Virus record (IMG/VR): IMGVR_UViG_3300042868_009074 | Location: 186,001 to 250,000 of that record | Reading direction: 5' to 3' (one strand) | DNA length: 64,000 bases | Shown here: positions 26,914-36,844 of the stretch, in pieces | How the letters are laid out: each line of letters opens with the position of its first letter | Position numbering within the stretch: position 1 is the stretch's first letter | The notes under the pieces: generated by a model | What the model was told of the DNA's origin: nothing | The model's database searches: none | What the model saw: the letters and a program-made list of their open reading frames with translations, nothing else | Translations under genes and position numbers: made by a program

Positions 26914-27026
26914 TAGTCAGCTCTGCTGTCTCTAGGAAATAATCTTTGAGCACTTACCCTCCTTAGCTCAGATTAAAATCTCCCAGTGCCCCATCACCAC
27001 TGTCCTAGAGATGGCAGAGTTGACTA
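26914..27026 (+). ncRNA. Candidate sRNA: 24-bp closing stem with two C-rich loops
   Basis: TAGTCAGCTCTGCTGTCTCTAGGA/TCCTAGAGATGGCAGAGTTGACTA; the G-U pairs favour the + strand. T-run follows. Confidence 0.6.
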
Positions 27027-27058
27027 TGGTTTTTTTTAAACGAGAGGCACCAACTAAT

Positions 27059-27343
27059 ATGGCTGATATTGATATCTCAAGTTATAACTTACAAGACCCT
27101 GCAGACATTGAGAAATTCTTCTTGGCTAACCACGCTGAGCTCATGTCTATGATGTCAGTGCTGTCTGAAAATGTTAGCACTATCCAAAATTATATTCTTG
27201 AATTAGATCTTTACACACTTCCAGAAGATACTGTTGTTAGTCTTTCTTCATTAATGGACGCTAACTTCAAAGTTCATGAAACCATCATAACTTTCTTTCA
27301 AGCTCTCATGCAAGTCTCTAAGATAGCTCCACGTCAAGATTAA
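27059..27343 (+). CDS. Helical hypothetical protein
   Basis: GAGG RBS before MADIDIS. Confidence 0.65.
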   Translation: MADIDISSYNLQDPADIEKFFLANHAELMSMMSVLSENVSTIQNYILELDLYTLPEDTVVSLSSLMDANFKVHETIITFFQALMQVSKIAPRQD

Positions 27344-27531
27344 TTTGTTAGACCATTGATTTTATATACCTTCGAGGACATCATCACTATATATATTATA
27401 TTATTTGTAATGATGTTCTTGATTTTATCAACTTTATTTGCTAAACTATTCCTATGTAACACAATTATTTATATACCTTTATATGAATAAAAATCCATAA
27501 ACAATCCCCGTTAACGGGAAAGGAAACCACA

Positions 27532-27756
27532 ATGCAAAAGAGAAATAAAACTCAACTCATAACACAATACCTTGACCAGAACATTGGTAGTGAAGTTACT
27601 CCTCAGCAGATTGCTGATGCAGTAGAAACTACCATTCAAACAGTATACACTTTTATTCGTTCAAATGCATCACGCTTTGAGTCAGTTAAGCGTGGTACTT
27701 TTAAAATTAATTCCTCACAAAACACCCTCTTTTTAAATAACGAGGGTACTATATAG
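27532..27756 (+). CDS. Small winged-HTH DNA-binding protein
   Basis: VTPQQIADAVETTIQTVYTFI...VKRGTFK; GAAAGGA RBS. Confidence 0.7.
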   Translation: MQKRNKTQLITQYLDQNIGSEVTPQQIADAVETTIQTVYTFIRSNASRFESVKRGTFKINSSQNTLFLNNEGTI

Positions 27757-28336
27757 AGGTTATCAACAATTGATAACAGCGCAGTAATCTCGATAAATCG
27801 GCTTCATGCTAACCATTTGCTTTGTTAAGAGCGAATAAGTAAACTAAAAATCTACTTCTTTGTTTTAAAGTTATGGTTAGATATGAGGCCTTTTTTTATC
27901 TATTGCTTCCTGTTTTCAAAAGATTATTATTAAGGAATAGACTATGGCTAAGAAAGATAGAACTCAACAGCACCCTGTTGATGTAAATCTACTCACTAGG
28001 TCAATAGTCTTGGTTGCTCAAAAAATTGATCAACTTACCGAAGAAGTTCGTCTTCTTAGGCAAGACCTTTCTAATAGTCCTAACAAGGAGGAATGTAGCT
28101 GAACACCAACTGGAACCACCCATATCCAATGTGTTATACTATATACATGCCCGTTGACAAGCGGGCAGGGAAACAATCCCTTACGTAACAGTTATACTGT
28201 GAAGTCGGAGAAGGCAAACCTGTCTTTTGTTGAACGGACAATTCGTTGTGTCCGGAACATTCGATTTCGCAACCTGCGCGATGCTAATGAAATCTGTTTT
28301 TAAGATTTCAAACCCAATCGAAAAGGAGCGAATAAA

Positions 28337-29212
28337 ATGCGCATACTACGAGTGATAATATTAATATTAACAATGCTAGTAACATCTGTTGTTGTTAGCT
28401 CTGCTGCTGGTGCAGCAACTGGAGGCGTCTCGGAGCTTTCTTCCGAGCCCCGAAGTACCACCCTACTCAGTACTCCTACTAAGTGGAAGTCCGTCGAATT
28501 TAAGATGGGACCTTCTATTAAGTACTGGACTAAAGTAGCCCAATGCGAGACTCGCCAGGACTGGCAAGACGGTGGCAACTGGGGTGGTGGACTTGGCATA
28601 GCTAAATCCACATGGCAAGGATATGGTGGCAAAGAGTTTGCATCTCATCCTTCCAAAGCGACTGTTCTTGAACAGATCGTAGTGGCTAACAGAATTGCAG
28701 TGTTTGGCTACCAAACAAAGAATGAGTTTATGACTGTCGAAGACAGAACTAATAACACACCATTCTTTAGACCAGCTGTTGGCTTTAATGGTTGGGGCTG
28801 TATTAAAAATAATACTTACCTCAAACCTAAAAAAGACACAGTTCTTAAAGTTAAACTTCCTGTAGGTAAAGAATTTTACTGTCCACAGTTTGAAGATACT
28901 TTTAAGAAGTATGCCCTGCCACACAAAGTGTTTTCTTATATCGCTTGGCGTGAATCTAGGTGTAATCCTGGAGCCGTCAATGCTAAATGGGAAAACGGGC
29001 ATATAGTCTGGACCCTCAACTCTAACGGTTCATACGACTCAGGTCTGCTCCAAATCAACTCTTCATGGTTTAAAACATTAAGAGAACAATTTGGTTATGC
29101 CCCTGACGATCTAATGACACCAGCAGTCAATGCTTTATTCGCCAGTTGGATTCTCCACTTCTCTAGTGGCAGACTTAGAAACTGGAATGTTAAAGCTACT
29201 TCTGTACGCTAG
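28337..29212 (+). CDS. Secreted dual lytic transglycosylase: Rpf-like domain plus SLT-like domain
   Basis: Signal peptide; WTKVAQCET...GGGLGIAKSTWQGYGG...ATVLEQIVVA (Rpf); IAWRESRCNPGAVN...DSGLLQINSSW (SLT). Confidence 0.85.
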   Translation: MRILRVIILILTMLVTSVVVSSAAGAATGGVSELSSEPRSTTLLSTPTKWKSVEFKMGPSIKYWTKVAQCETRQDWQDGGNWGGGLGIAKSTWQGYGGKEFASHPSKATVLEQIVVANRIAVFGYQTKNEFMTVEDRTNNTPFFRPAVGFNGWGCIKNNTYLKPKKDTVLKVKLPVGKEFYCPQFEDTFKKYALPHKVFSYIAWRESRCNPGAVNAKWENGHIVWTLNSNGSYDSGLLQINSSWFKTLREQFGYAPDDLMTPAVNALFASWILHFSSGRLRNWNVKATSVR

Positions 29213-29245
29213 TTTGCAGTAAAAGGGGAATACCCATTCCCCTTA

Positions 29246-29560
29246 ATGCAAAACACAAGAATCATTACCCTTAATCATAAGGATATCCCTATGCCTAAAA
29301 CTAACTACCTACCAGAAGAACTAGACTCTAAGTCTAAAATAAAAGAAATCATACTACAATACATTATCGATGCCAATGTAGAAGAGTATGAATACGACGA
29401 TGACGACGGCGACTGCTGTGACGATTGCTCGTATGAAGATGCTGACTGCAGCGACTGCTCATGTCATTCTGATTTTCCTGGCTACGATGAACATCTTGCT
29501 GCCCTACTAGTAAGATTCATCTATAATAACTTTAAACTTCAAGAAACACCTAATGAATAA
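29246..29560 (+). CDS. Acidic Cys-rich hypothetical protein
   Basis: DCCDDCSYEDADCSDCSCH. Confidence 0.6.
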   Translation: MQNTRIITLNHKDIPMPKTNYLPEELDSKSKIKEIILQYIIDANVEEYEYDDDDGDCCDDCSYEDADCSDCSCHSDFPGYDEHLAALLVRFIYNNFKLQETPNE

Positions 29561-30308
29561 TCAAATTAACTATGACCATGTTCACAATCAAGATCTAGCC
29601 CAATTAGATATTGAATCAGACACCCTTATGAGCGTAGATGTTGTGTCTATAATGTCACGCAAATTTAATTTTATTTCTCGTGGTTTTGATACTACAGAAA
29701 TGGAAAACCTTGTATCTTTCTATTATGACATAGAAGACACACGGATCTCGTTGCTAGATCTCAATGATTCTAAGAACTCATCTGTTTTTAAATCATATTC
29801 TCATTATCTAAGAGGATTAGAGAATTCTACTACTCCCATCTTTAGTGACTATAACCACTCCACTGTGACTGGTACCTGGGCTTTACAACAGCCTGGTATC
29901 GGACAAGCTGCCTCTGCTGCGTTGTTGTCTACGATAGATATTCACAAAGCTCCTAACTTTAATAACTTATGGAGCTATTGTGGTCTTAATCCAAGTACTG
30001 CTCAACCAGGATCTTGGAACCCATTCTTAAAGAATCTTACTTGGAAGATCGGCAAATCTTTTGCTACTGTTCCTGATTCCTTTTACGGTCAACTCTATAC
30101 TAAAGAGCTTGACCGTAGAATCAAACAACGAGATGATTCAGGTGCTGACACAGAAGACTCCAGGCTAGAAGCTCAAGCTCGACGCTATGCAACTAAGATC
30201 TTCTTGTCTCACTGGCATCAGATCCGATACATAGAAGTTATTGGACAAGAGCCATCATCTTCATTCAAAAATTCTAGTTACATTGCCCCACCTAATAATC
30301 CTTATTGA
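29553..30308 (+). CDS. IS110/Nop-domain-like protein without a nuclease domain (TasA-like)
   Basis: HhH PGIGQAASAALLSTID, LWSYCGLNP, WNPFLK, ARRYATKIFLSHW. No DEDD/RuvC N-terminus. Confidence 0.7.
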   Translation: MNNQINYDHVHNQDLAQLDIESDTLMSVDVVSIMSRKFNFISRGFDTTEMENLVSFYYDIEDTRISLLDLNDSKNSSVFKSYSHYLRGLENSTTPIFSDYNHSTVTGTWALQQPGIGQAASAALLSTIDIHKAPNFNNLWSYCGLNPSTAQPGSWNPFLKNLTWKIGKSFATVPDSFYGQLYTKELDRRIKQRDDSGADTEDSRLEAQARRYATKIFLSHWHQIRYIEVIGQEPSSSFKNSSYIAPPNNPY

Positions 30309-30365
30309 ATAAAAAGCAATGAACAATTTCAGTTCCTATCACCACTATATAATAAGAGGTAAATC

Positions 30366-30710
30366 ATGCCTATGATAACAAGTACAGAGACTCAAGTACA
30401 TCAGAACCCAGGGCGGTTCAAGATGGCTGAGCCAACCAAGCTGCTCACACCAATCCAAGGCGAGCCACCAATCGGTGCAGGCAAAGGCCGTAAGCGTAAT
30501 CCAGTGATTACCGCAATCTACAACGAGCTTGTAGGTAAGCGTAACCAGTGGTTCCACGTAAACATTCCCATCACCGACAAAAAGCAACTGAGCACCCTTC
30601 GTGCATCATTGTTTGCTCGCGCAGCAAAAGATAATCTCAGTATCTCTTCAGCGTCTGTTCTCAACGAACAAACAAAGATGATCGATCTTTGGGTAATGCT
30701 TACAGCCTAA
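30366..30710 (+). CDS. Basic hypothetical protein
   Basis: GAGG RBS; GKGRKRNP. Confidence 0.75.
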   Translation: MPMITSTETQVHQNPGRFKMAEPTKLLTPIQGEPPIGAGKGRKRNPVITAIYNELVGKRNQWFHVNIPITDKKQLSTLRASLFARAAKDNLSISSASVLNEQTKMIDLWVMLTA

Positions 30711-30932
30711 CCCAATTAAGATTTCCTAGAGTACAAGTTCATTGAACTTATAATGCTTAGATGTATTATGATTAAATGTGTGTGTTTATTGGGTACAAAG
30801 AAATAATCCTTTCTTGTGCTCTAGGATTAAAGTCTTAAGACCTGCTTAGTCATATGCAGGAGAATGACCGACGCCAGCTCGGCTCACTAAATATGACAGC
30901 TGGCTTTTACTCTATTTTTAAAAGGTACCATT

Positions 30933-31169
30933 ATGACCAATGTGATCTATTATAGACTCACTAAAGAAGTAGCTCCTTGTTTTGTTCAAAAGATATGCCT
31001 TCATTGTAATGATGAAGTATTCTTTTTAATGACACAAGATCAGTACGATCGATGGGTTAAAAATCTAGAGTATGCTCAAGATGTTTTTCCTGATACAGCT
31101 CCAGACATTCGTGAATGGATGATTTCAGGTACTCACCCGAAGTGTTGGGATGAAATGTTTTCTGAATAA
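30933..31169 (+). CDS. Small phage protein with Cys/His motifs
   Basis: CLHC...ISGTHPKCWD. Confidence 0.7.
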   Translation: MTNVIYYRLTKEVAPCFVQKICLHCNDEVFFLMTQDQYDRWVKNLEYAQDVFPDTAPDIREWMISGTHPKCWDEMFSE

Positions 31170-31343
31170 GATTTGAATTAATCATGTTTAGTTTATACAA
31201 AGAAAAAACTATTTAATATTCTCAAAAAAAAAAATAAACGGAGTTCTTCGGCACCGGATTATTAGTGGATCGTACAGCCATATACTTATCCTTTTAAGTA
31301 TATACAAAACAAAAATATATTATCTTTACAGTAAGGAATAGTT

Positions 31344-31691
31344 ATGACTATTATTACACCAACCCCATACGCATCGTTCTTCGATAGACTCAAGATGAAC
31401 GATCTTGAAATCGCTTATCATGTACCACAGTACGTATCTCAAGATACGCTCTTTACTAAAAGTAAAAGGCTTACACGTATTAGTGCAACTAAAACAAAAG
31501 AGTTCTTTGCTAGACCAGAAGTTAAAGTTGGATCTTTGATTTCCTATTGGGCAACTGAGGCTTTAATCTCTGCTCTTGGAGTCTACGCATTTATATCCAT
31601 GGGCATGTTTGTTCCTGCAGGATTTACTCTTGCTATCTTTGCCTATCTTACCTACGCTACATTTGGCGTTATCAATGAGGTTCAACTATGA
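31344..31691 (+). CDS. Membrane protein
   Basis: Two C-terminal TM helices; AAGGA RBS. Confidence 0.7.
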   Translation: MTIITPTPYASFFDRLKMNDLEIAYHVPQYVSQDTLFTKSKRLTRISATKTKEFFARPEVKVGSLISYWATEALISALGVYAFISMGMFVPAGFTLAIFAYLTYATFGVINEVQL

Positions 31692-32317
31692 GTTTTGATG
31701 TTGATCTTCTAAATGAATTTGGTATTCATCAGAATCCTGAAGTAGAAATCGCTAGTCTTCAAAAGACCTTTGAAGCTTGCGTTAAAGAAAACGGACCTGA
31801 CTCTTACAACCCAATGCTTGTAATTTACGACCATGATTCAAGTCCTATGTTTGCACTAGAAGCTCGTCCTTATACTTCTAAGAAAGACATGTACACCTGC
31901 TTTGCCGAAATGCTCTATTCCTATAGCGCATTAGAGGGTCATTCATTCATGATGTCTAGTGACGTTACCTTAAGGTCTCATGAATCTACTGGTGAAGCTA
32001 CTAAGAAAGAAGATTGTCTTACTCTTAGCTTTGCTTCTCGTAGTTCATCTTGTCTTGTAATCATGCCCTATCAAGTAGATTCTGATAACAATGTTATCTG
32101 GTTACATGATGAATTTAATATTGCTTCTATGCTTGATGATGAAGCTGCTGTATCTTTGGATGCAAGTGGTACTCTTACTGAGTTGTTTTATATCATGTCA
32201 CACATTAAACAATCTCCATTTCCTTTTAATACTTTAATTAATTATTATTCTTTTAGGGATTTTCCCTACACACTTCCCCCATCAATGATCGGTGACAAGA
32301 TACTTGTCAAGATCTAG
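31688..32317 (+). CDS. Hypothetical protein
   Basis: ATGA overlap, GAGG RBS, 209 aa. Confidence 0.75.
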   Translation: MSFDVDLLNEFGIHQNPEVEIASLQKTFEACVKENGPDSYNPMLVIYDHDSSPMFALEARPYTSKKDMYTCFAEMLYSYSALEGHSFMMSSDVTLRSHESTGEATKKEDCLTLSFASRSSSCLVIMPYQVDSDNNVIWLHDEFNIASMLDDEAAVSLDASGTLTELFYIMSHIKQSPFPFNTLINYYSFRDFPYTLPPSMIGDKILVKI

Positions 32318-32332
32318 AAATTATATAAATAT

Positions 32333-32542
32333 ATGTTAATAAAAAATATAACTAAACGTAGCTTAAGTAAAACTTATAATACAAAAAATTCAAAAGCTAA
32401 AGCTTCTATTTCTAATCAAGATAAATATCTTGTCACTAAAGAAGATTGTTACTTGGTTAATCAAGTTGTTTCTTTTGATAATCCATATGATAAAATGGAT
32501 GAGTTCATGGTTGATGAAATCTTCTATGAACCTTTATTCTAA
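32333..32542 (+). CDS. Small hypothetical protein
   Basis: 69 aa ORF in a co-directional run. Confidence 0.5.
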   Translation: MLIKNITKRSLSKTYNTKNSKAKASISNQDKYLVTKEDCYLVNQVVSFDNPYDKMDEFMVDEIFYEPLF

Positions 32543-32630
32543 TTATGATTATTCCAACTTGTTTGGTAATCTACTTTACAATTAGAATTATTGTCCATTA
32601 TTCTAACAAATTCTTTTAAGGAATTTAAAC

Positions 32631-34310
32631 ATGACCGTTACCCTTAGACCCTACCAGCAAGAAGCTCTTGATGCTATCCTATTCCATGAAGGAAAAGGAA
32701 TTAGTAAACAACTTGTAGTACTCCCTACTGGTGCCGGTAAAACAGTTTTGTTTTCTCATCTACCAGTTATTCGCAAGAACACTCTACCTATGCTCGTTCT
32801 TGCACATCGTGCAGAGCTATTAGAGCAGGCCCGCAATAAGATCATGGCATCTAACCCTACACTTACTGTAGAGATAGAGCAAGCTGATCGTAAAGCTGGC
32901 CATGTAGACGTAGTGGTAGCTTCTGTAGCTACCTTAGGTCGTAGTGGCACACCCCGTATTGAAGGATATCCTAATGACTATTTTAAGTCTATCGTTATTG
33001 ACGAAGCCCACCATGCTGCTGCTCCTTCTTACAGAAGAATTGTTGATTACTTTAATCCTCCTTTTCTGTTGGGAGTTACGGCAACGCCGCAAAGGTCGGA
33101 TTCGGTTAGACTCATTGATGTTTTCGATGAGATAGTTTACTATAAATCAATACAAGATCTCATTGAAGATGGCTGGCTTAGTCCCCTCATCGGATATAGA
33201 GTTAAAACAAATGTAGACATATCAGATGTCGAAATTAGAAACGGTGAATATGCTCAAGATCAACTCGAAGAAAAAGTGGATACTCCTGAGCGCAACGCTT
33301 TTGTTGTCGCTACCTATCGCAATTTGGCAATGGCTACGAAAGCCATTGTATTCGCATCCGGCGTTCGACACGCCGAAAACCTGGCCTTATCCTTTCGACA
33401 AGCGTCGGTAGAATGCGAAGTAATCGTGGGGACAACTCCTCACGAAGAACGTCAAAAGATCCTTCAGGATTTTTCTACGAATAAACTTAAAGTAATTGTC
33501 AATGTAGGTGTTCTCACCGAAGGTTTTGATGAACCCTCATTGGAAACAATTATCTTAGCTAAACCAACCAGATCAACACTTCTGTATACTCAGATTGTTG
33601 GTCGAGGTACCCGTCTATTCGAAGGCAAAGAACATTGTACGATTATCGATATTGCAGACACCACGAGGGGGAAGAAGCCTATTGGCCTTCCTACTCTTTT
33701 GGGAATGCCACCAGAGTTCGATTTACAAGGACAGAGCCTAACAGACGTCGCTAAGAAGTATGAAGAGCTAGAAGACTATTGTCCTGGTGAAGCTATTCGT
33801 GTACTTAATCCAGATGATATTCAAGGTGCATACAAACGCATTAACTTGTTTATGCCACCACCACCAAACCCTGCTATCTTAGAATACTCTAAGTATGTAT
33901 GGGCAGAGATCGGTGAAAACTCTTACCACCTAGGTCTTAATAATAATGAGTCCATGCATATAACATTAGATGCTTTGGGTCGTTGGAATACTGAGCTTCA
34001 TTATAAAGATAATGATAAAACTTCAGTTAAGATTATTGGTAGAGCTGATAATCTTAGATCAGTATTTTCCGGCACTGACAAATGGATTCAAGAGAATCGT
34101 GCAGCATCTTTAGTTCTAATCGATTCTTCTGCTCAATGGAGAACTGATGGACCTACTGATCCTCAAAAGAAAATGTTAAAGCGTTTAGGTATACCCCTTA
34201 CTGCTGACATGACTAAAGGTATGGCTTCTCAAATCATATCTAAGTATTACGAAAACAATCCTAAGCCTAAATGGCTTCAAAATAAGATTGAATCTAAAAA
34301 ACGTTGGTAG
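32631..34310 (+). CDS. SF2 DExH helicase (ResIII/Irc3-like)
   Basis: LRPYQ, PTGAGKT, DEAHH, TATP, LTEGFDEP, QIVGRGTR. Confidence 0.93.
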   Translation: MTVTLRPYQQEALDAILFHEGKGISKQLVVLPTGAGKTVLFSHLPVIRKNTLPMLVLAHRAELLEQARNKIMASNPTLTVEIEQADRKAGHVDVVVASVATLGRSGTPRIEGYPNDYFKSIVIDEAHHAAAPSYRRIVDYFNPPFLLGVTATPQRSDSVRLIDVFDEIVYYKSIQDLIEDGWLSPLIGYRVKTNVDISDVEIRNGEYAQDQLEEKVDTPERNAFVVATYRNLAMATKAIVFASGVRHAENLALSFRQASVECEVIVGTTPHEERQKILQDFSTNKLKVIVNVGVLTEGFDEPSLETIILAKPTRSTLLYTQIVGRGTRLFEGKEHCTIIDIADTTRGKKPIGLPTLLGMPPEFDLQGQSLTDVAKKYEELEDYCPGEAIRVLNPDDIQGAYKRINLFMPPPPNPAILEYSKYVWAEIGENSYHLGLNNNESMHITLDALGRWNTELHYKDNDKTSVKIIGRADNLRSVFSGTDKWIQENRAASLVLIDSSAQWRTDGPTDPQKKMLKRLGIPLTADMTKGMASQIISKYYENNPKPKWLQNKIESKKRW

Positions 34311-34336
34311 TCAATACCACCTACGGAAACTATTCT

Positions 34337-35917
34337 ATGAACAATAAATTAACTAAATACATAACAGCATTAGTTATGTTAACTACGTTTACACTTACTA
34401 ATGCTATTCCAGCCCAAGCTGCCCAAAACAAGGGCGGTTCAGAAATAACTAAACCCAATTCTAAACCTAAGAAAAAGACTAACAAAAGAGTTAAGTCTCA
34501 TTCTTATAAGAAAGTTGTAAAGACTAAGTCTAAAGTTGCTACTGCTAACTCTAAAGTTAAATTTAAACTTTCTTTGTCCACAGCTATTCCTAAGATAGGT
34601 GCAGACTATTCTTATGATTCTGGTTATACTGGGCAAGGATCTTACGTTGTTGTCATTGATACCGGCGTAGAAAAAGCACATCCTTTCTTAGCCGATAAGA
34701 TAGCTCTAGAAGCCTGCTTTGCTACTCGTTGCCCTAATGGTACCAATCAGATGATTGGACCAGGAGCAGCTGTCCCAGTGCATTATCACGGGACACACGT
34801 TGCTGGTATCATTGCTGGTAGCAACTCACAGTTTCATGGAATTGCCCCAGGTGCAAAGATCATAGCTATCAACATTTTTGACGTATATGGTGCAGCCTAT
34901 GATGATGATATGGTTAAAGCTTTAAACTATGTCTACTCTTTAGCTGATACTTACAACATTACTTCAGTTAATATGTCACTTGGTGGTAACACTGTTTTTA
35001 GATCTACTTGCGATTCTTATCTTCCTGATGTTACTCAAGCTATTAACAATTTAAAGTCAAAGAATATTGCTACAGTTATTGCTTCTGGAAACAATTATTC
35101 TGCTGGTATGTCAGCTCCTGCTTGTATCTCTACCGCCGTTAGCGTAGCTGCTACTTATACTTCTACAGATAAAGTAACTACATTTTCTAACGTATCTCAG
35201 TTTACTACACTGTCGGCTCCTGGCTATGCCATTAACTCTTCTAAGTTGATGGGATCTTATGGTTCAGCTTCTGGTACCTCAATGGCAACTCCATTTGTTG
35301 CCGGAGCTTTAGCCGTGTACCGTTCCAAGTTTGGTGTCCAATCTGTAGATAAAGTTATTACTGACTTTCAATCTACTTCTTCGCCTGCTGTTGATGATTT
35401 CACTGGAATTATAACTAAGCGAATTAATATGAAGTCCTTGATTGATTCCACTACTACACCGGTTGTTCCTCCAGTAGTAACTACTACTACTATTCCAAAT
35501 GCAACAACTACAACGTTACCTACTACAACAACTACTACTACTGTTCCGGTGACCACTACTACTGTCCCAGTAACTACAACCCTTCCTCCCGTTACTGGAT
35601 ATGCAGTAGGAAAACCATTGCTTGTTTCGTTAGACTCTATGTCGTCTGTCTATAACTCTTACCTCCATGATGTATTCACGATTACATATCTTGATGTTTA
35701 TTATGGCAAAGATGTTTTAACTCATTATCTATTGACTTGCGACAGTGGTCAAACGTTTACTATTCCAGTAGATTATACTGGCCGTTTAAACTATTATAGA
35801 TTAAAGAATACAGATGGAACCTACGCTAAAGCTACAGGTATCATTAGGTGTTACCTGCAAGGTGCAGTAGGATCCTTTCTTGCTCCAAAATCTTGGTGGG
35901 AAGACGTCAATAGATGA
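34337..35917 (+). CDS. Secreted S8 subtilisin-like serine protease with Thr-rich linker
   Basis: Signal peptide; VIDTG, HGTHVAG, ASGN, SGTSMATP. Confidence 0.93.
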   Translation: MNNKLTKYITALVMLTTFTLTNAIPAQAAQNKGGSEITKPNSKPKKKTNKRVKSHSYKKVVKTKSKVATANSKVKFKLSLSTAIPKIGADYSYDSGYTGQGSYVVVIDTGVEKAHPFLADKIALEACFATRCPNGTNQMIGPGAAVPVHYHGTHVAGIIAGSNSQFHGIAPGAKIIAINIFDVYGAAYDDDMVKALNYVYSLADTYNITSVNMSLGGNTVFRSTCDSYLPDVTQAINNLKSKNIATVIASGNNYSAGMSAPACISTAVSVAATYTSTDKVTTFSNVSQFTTLSAPGYAINSSKLMGSYGSASGTSMATPFVAGALAVYRSKFGVQSVDKVITDFQSTSSPAVDDFTGIITKRINMKSLIDSTTTPVVPPVVTTTTIPNATTTTLPTTTTTTTVPVTTTTVPVTTTLPPVTGYAVGKPLLVSLDSMSSVYNSYLHDVFTITYLDVYYGKDVLTHYLLTCDSGQTFTIPVDYTGRLNYYRLKNTDGTYAKATGIIRCYLQGAVGSFLAPKSWWEDVNR

Positions 35918-36309
35918 AGACCTTGAAAGATGTTCATAAATCTTTTGATGATGATTTCTTTCAATCTATTCTAATACCTTTTGATTCTTATCCACAAGTT
36001 ATTAAAGCTTCATTGAATGATGTTTTTAATTACGCTGGATTATCAGAAGAGAACTTATCTTTATTAATATTAAAGAATAACCATTGTCTAATCTTTCATG
36101 AAGACCATGAAAGATCAATTAAAGAATCTAATATCCTAGCAACTTCTATATATAGAGACTACACTAATACTTATTATATTAATGAAGTTATATATGGTAA
36201 TGCTGTAATATTGGGTTACAACTCTATCTTAATACAAGACAACGAAAGATTTCATTCCATATCTACTTTGTATATGAATGAAATTATTAACAGGTTTAAT
36301 GTATTATGA
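35914..36309 (+). CDS. Hypothetical protein
   Basis: ATGA overlap; IYGNAVILG. Confidence 0.65.
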   Translation: MKTLKDVHKSFDDDFFQSILIPFDSYPQVIKASLNDVFNYAGLSEENLSLLILKNNHCLIFHEDHERSIKESNILATSIYRDYTNTYYINEVIYGNAVILGYNSILIQDNERFHSISTLYMNEIINRFNVL

Positions 36310-36483
36310 AAAAAGATAGAAAATCTATTCACATTAAACAAATTAGATCTATACAAAACACATGTTCAGCATGTGGATTAAAATCCACTAAAGTTGAAAA
36401 GTCAATTAAGTTTAACAAATACTTTTGTATAGATTGTCTATTAGATTACATAAGAAATAATCTATAATTAATAGGAGACATTT

Positions 36484-36726
36484 ATGTCAATTAACATTTT
36501 AGTCGGATCAGATCCCGACGATATCCCCCGCATCGTGGACACGATTGCAGCACTTGAATTCCTTCATAATATCCTTCCACAACACCAATCTGTATTAGAT
36601 TTAGAAGGTGGAGAATTTAATGGAGAAAAAGTAGAATATCTTATTGACTGGTATAAGTCAATGAAAGATGTTATACTTTATGCAGGAAACACCGAAGACG
36701 TAGTCTTAGAACCTAACCTCGTCTAA
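36484..36726 (+). CDS. Hypothetical protein
   Basis: AGGAG RBS. Confidence 0.7.
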   Translation: MSINILVGSDPDDIPRIVDTIAALEFLHNILPQHQSVLDLEGGEFNGEKVEYLIDWYKSMKDVILYAGNTEDVVLEPNLV

Positions 36727-36731
36727 CATCT

Positions 36732-36815
36732 GCCCGAGTGGCGGAATAGGCAGACGCAGGGGGCTTAAACCCCCCGGAGGGCAACCTCTTACCGGTTCAA
36801 GTCCGGTCTCGGGTA
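36732..36815 (+). tRNA. tRNA-Leu(TAA)
   Basis: Acceptor GCCCGAG/CTCGGGT, anticodon loop CTTAAAC, long variable arm, GTTCAAGTC. Confidence 0.92.
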
Positions 36816-36844
36816 CTATGCAATACACTATAATAAGGAAAAAA

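Noticed and set aside
28150-28330. c-di-AMP or c-di-GMP riboswitch
   Set aside because: Only GGCAAACC resembles c-di-GMP-I; the remaining consensus elements were not found.
29553-30308. Active IS110 insertion sequence
   Set aside because: No DEDD catalytic domain, no element ends, and the gene is translationally coupled to phage genes.
30400-30480. TIGR-like array next to the Nop-domain gene (GAACCCA, two GAGCCA)
   Set aside because: Only two copies 32 nt apart, no regular CCA-N9-TG periodicity, and it lies inside a well-formed CDS.
35450-35595. ACT/ACA tandem repeats
   Set aside because: They encode the Thr/Pro linker of the subtilase and are not an independent element.
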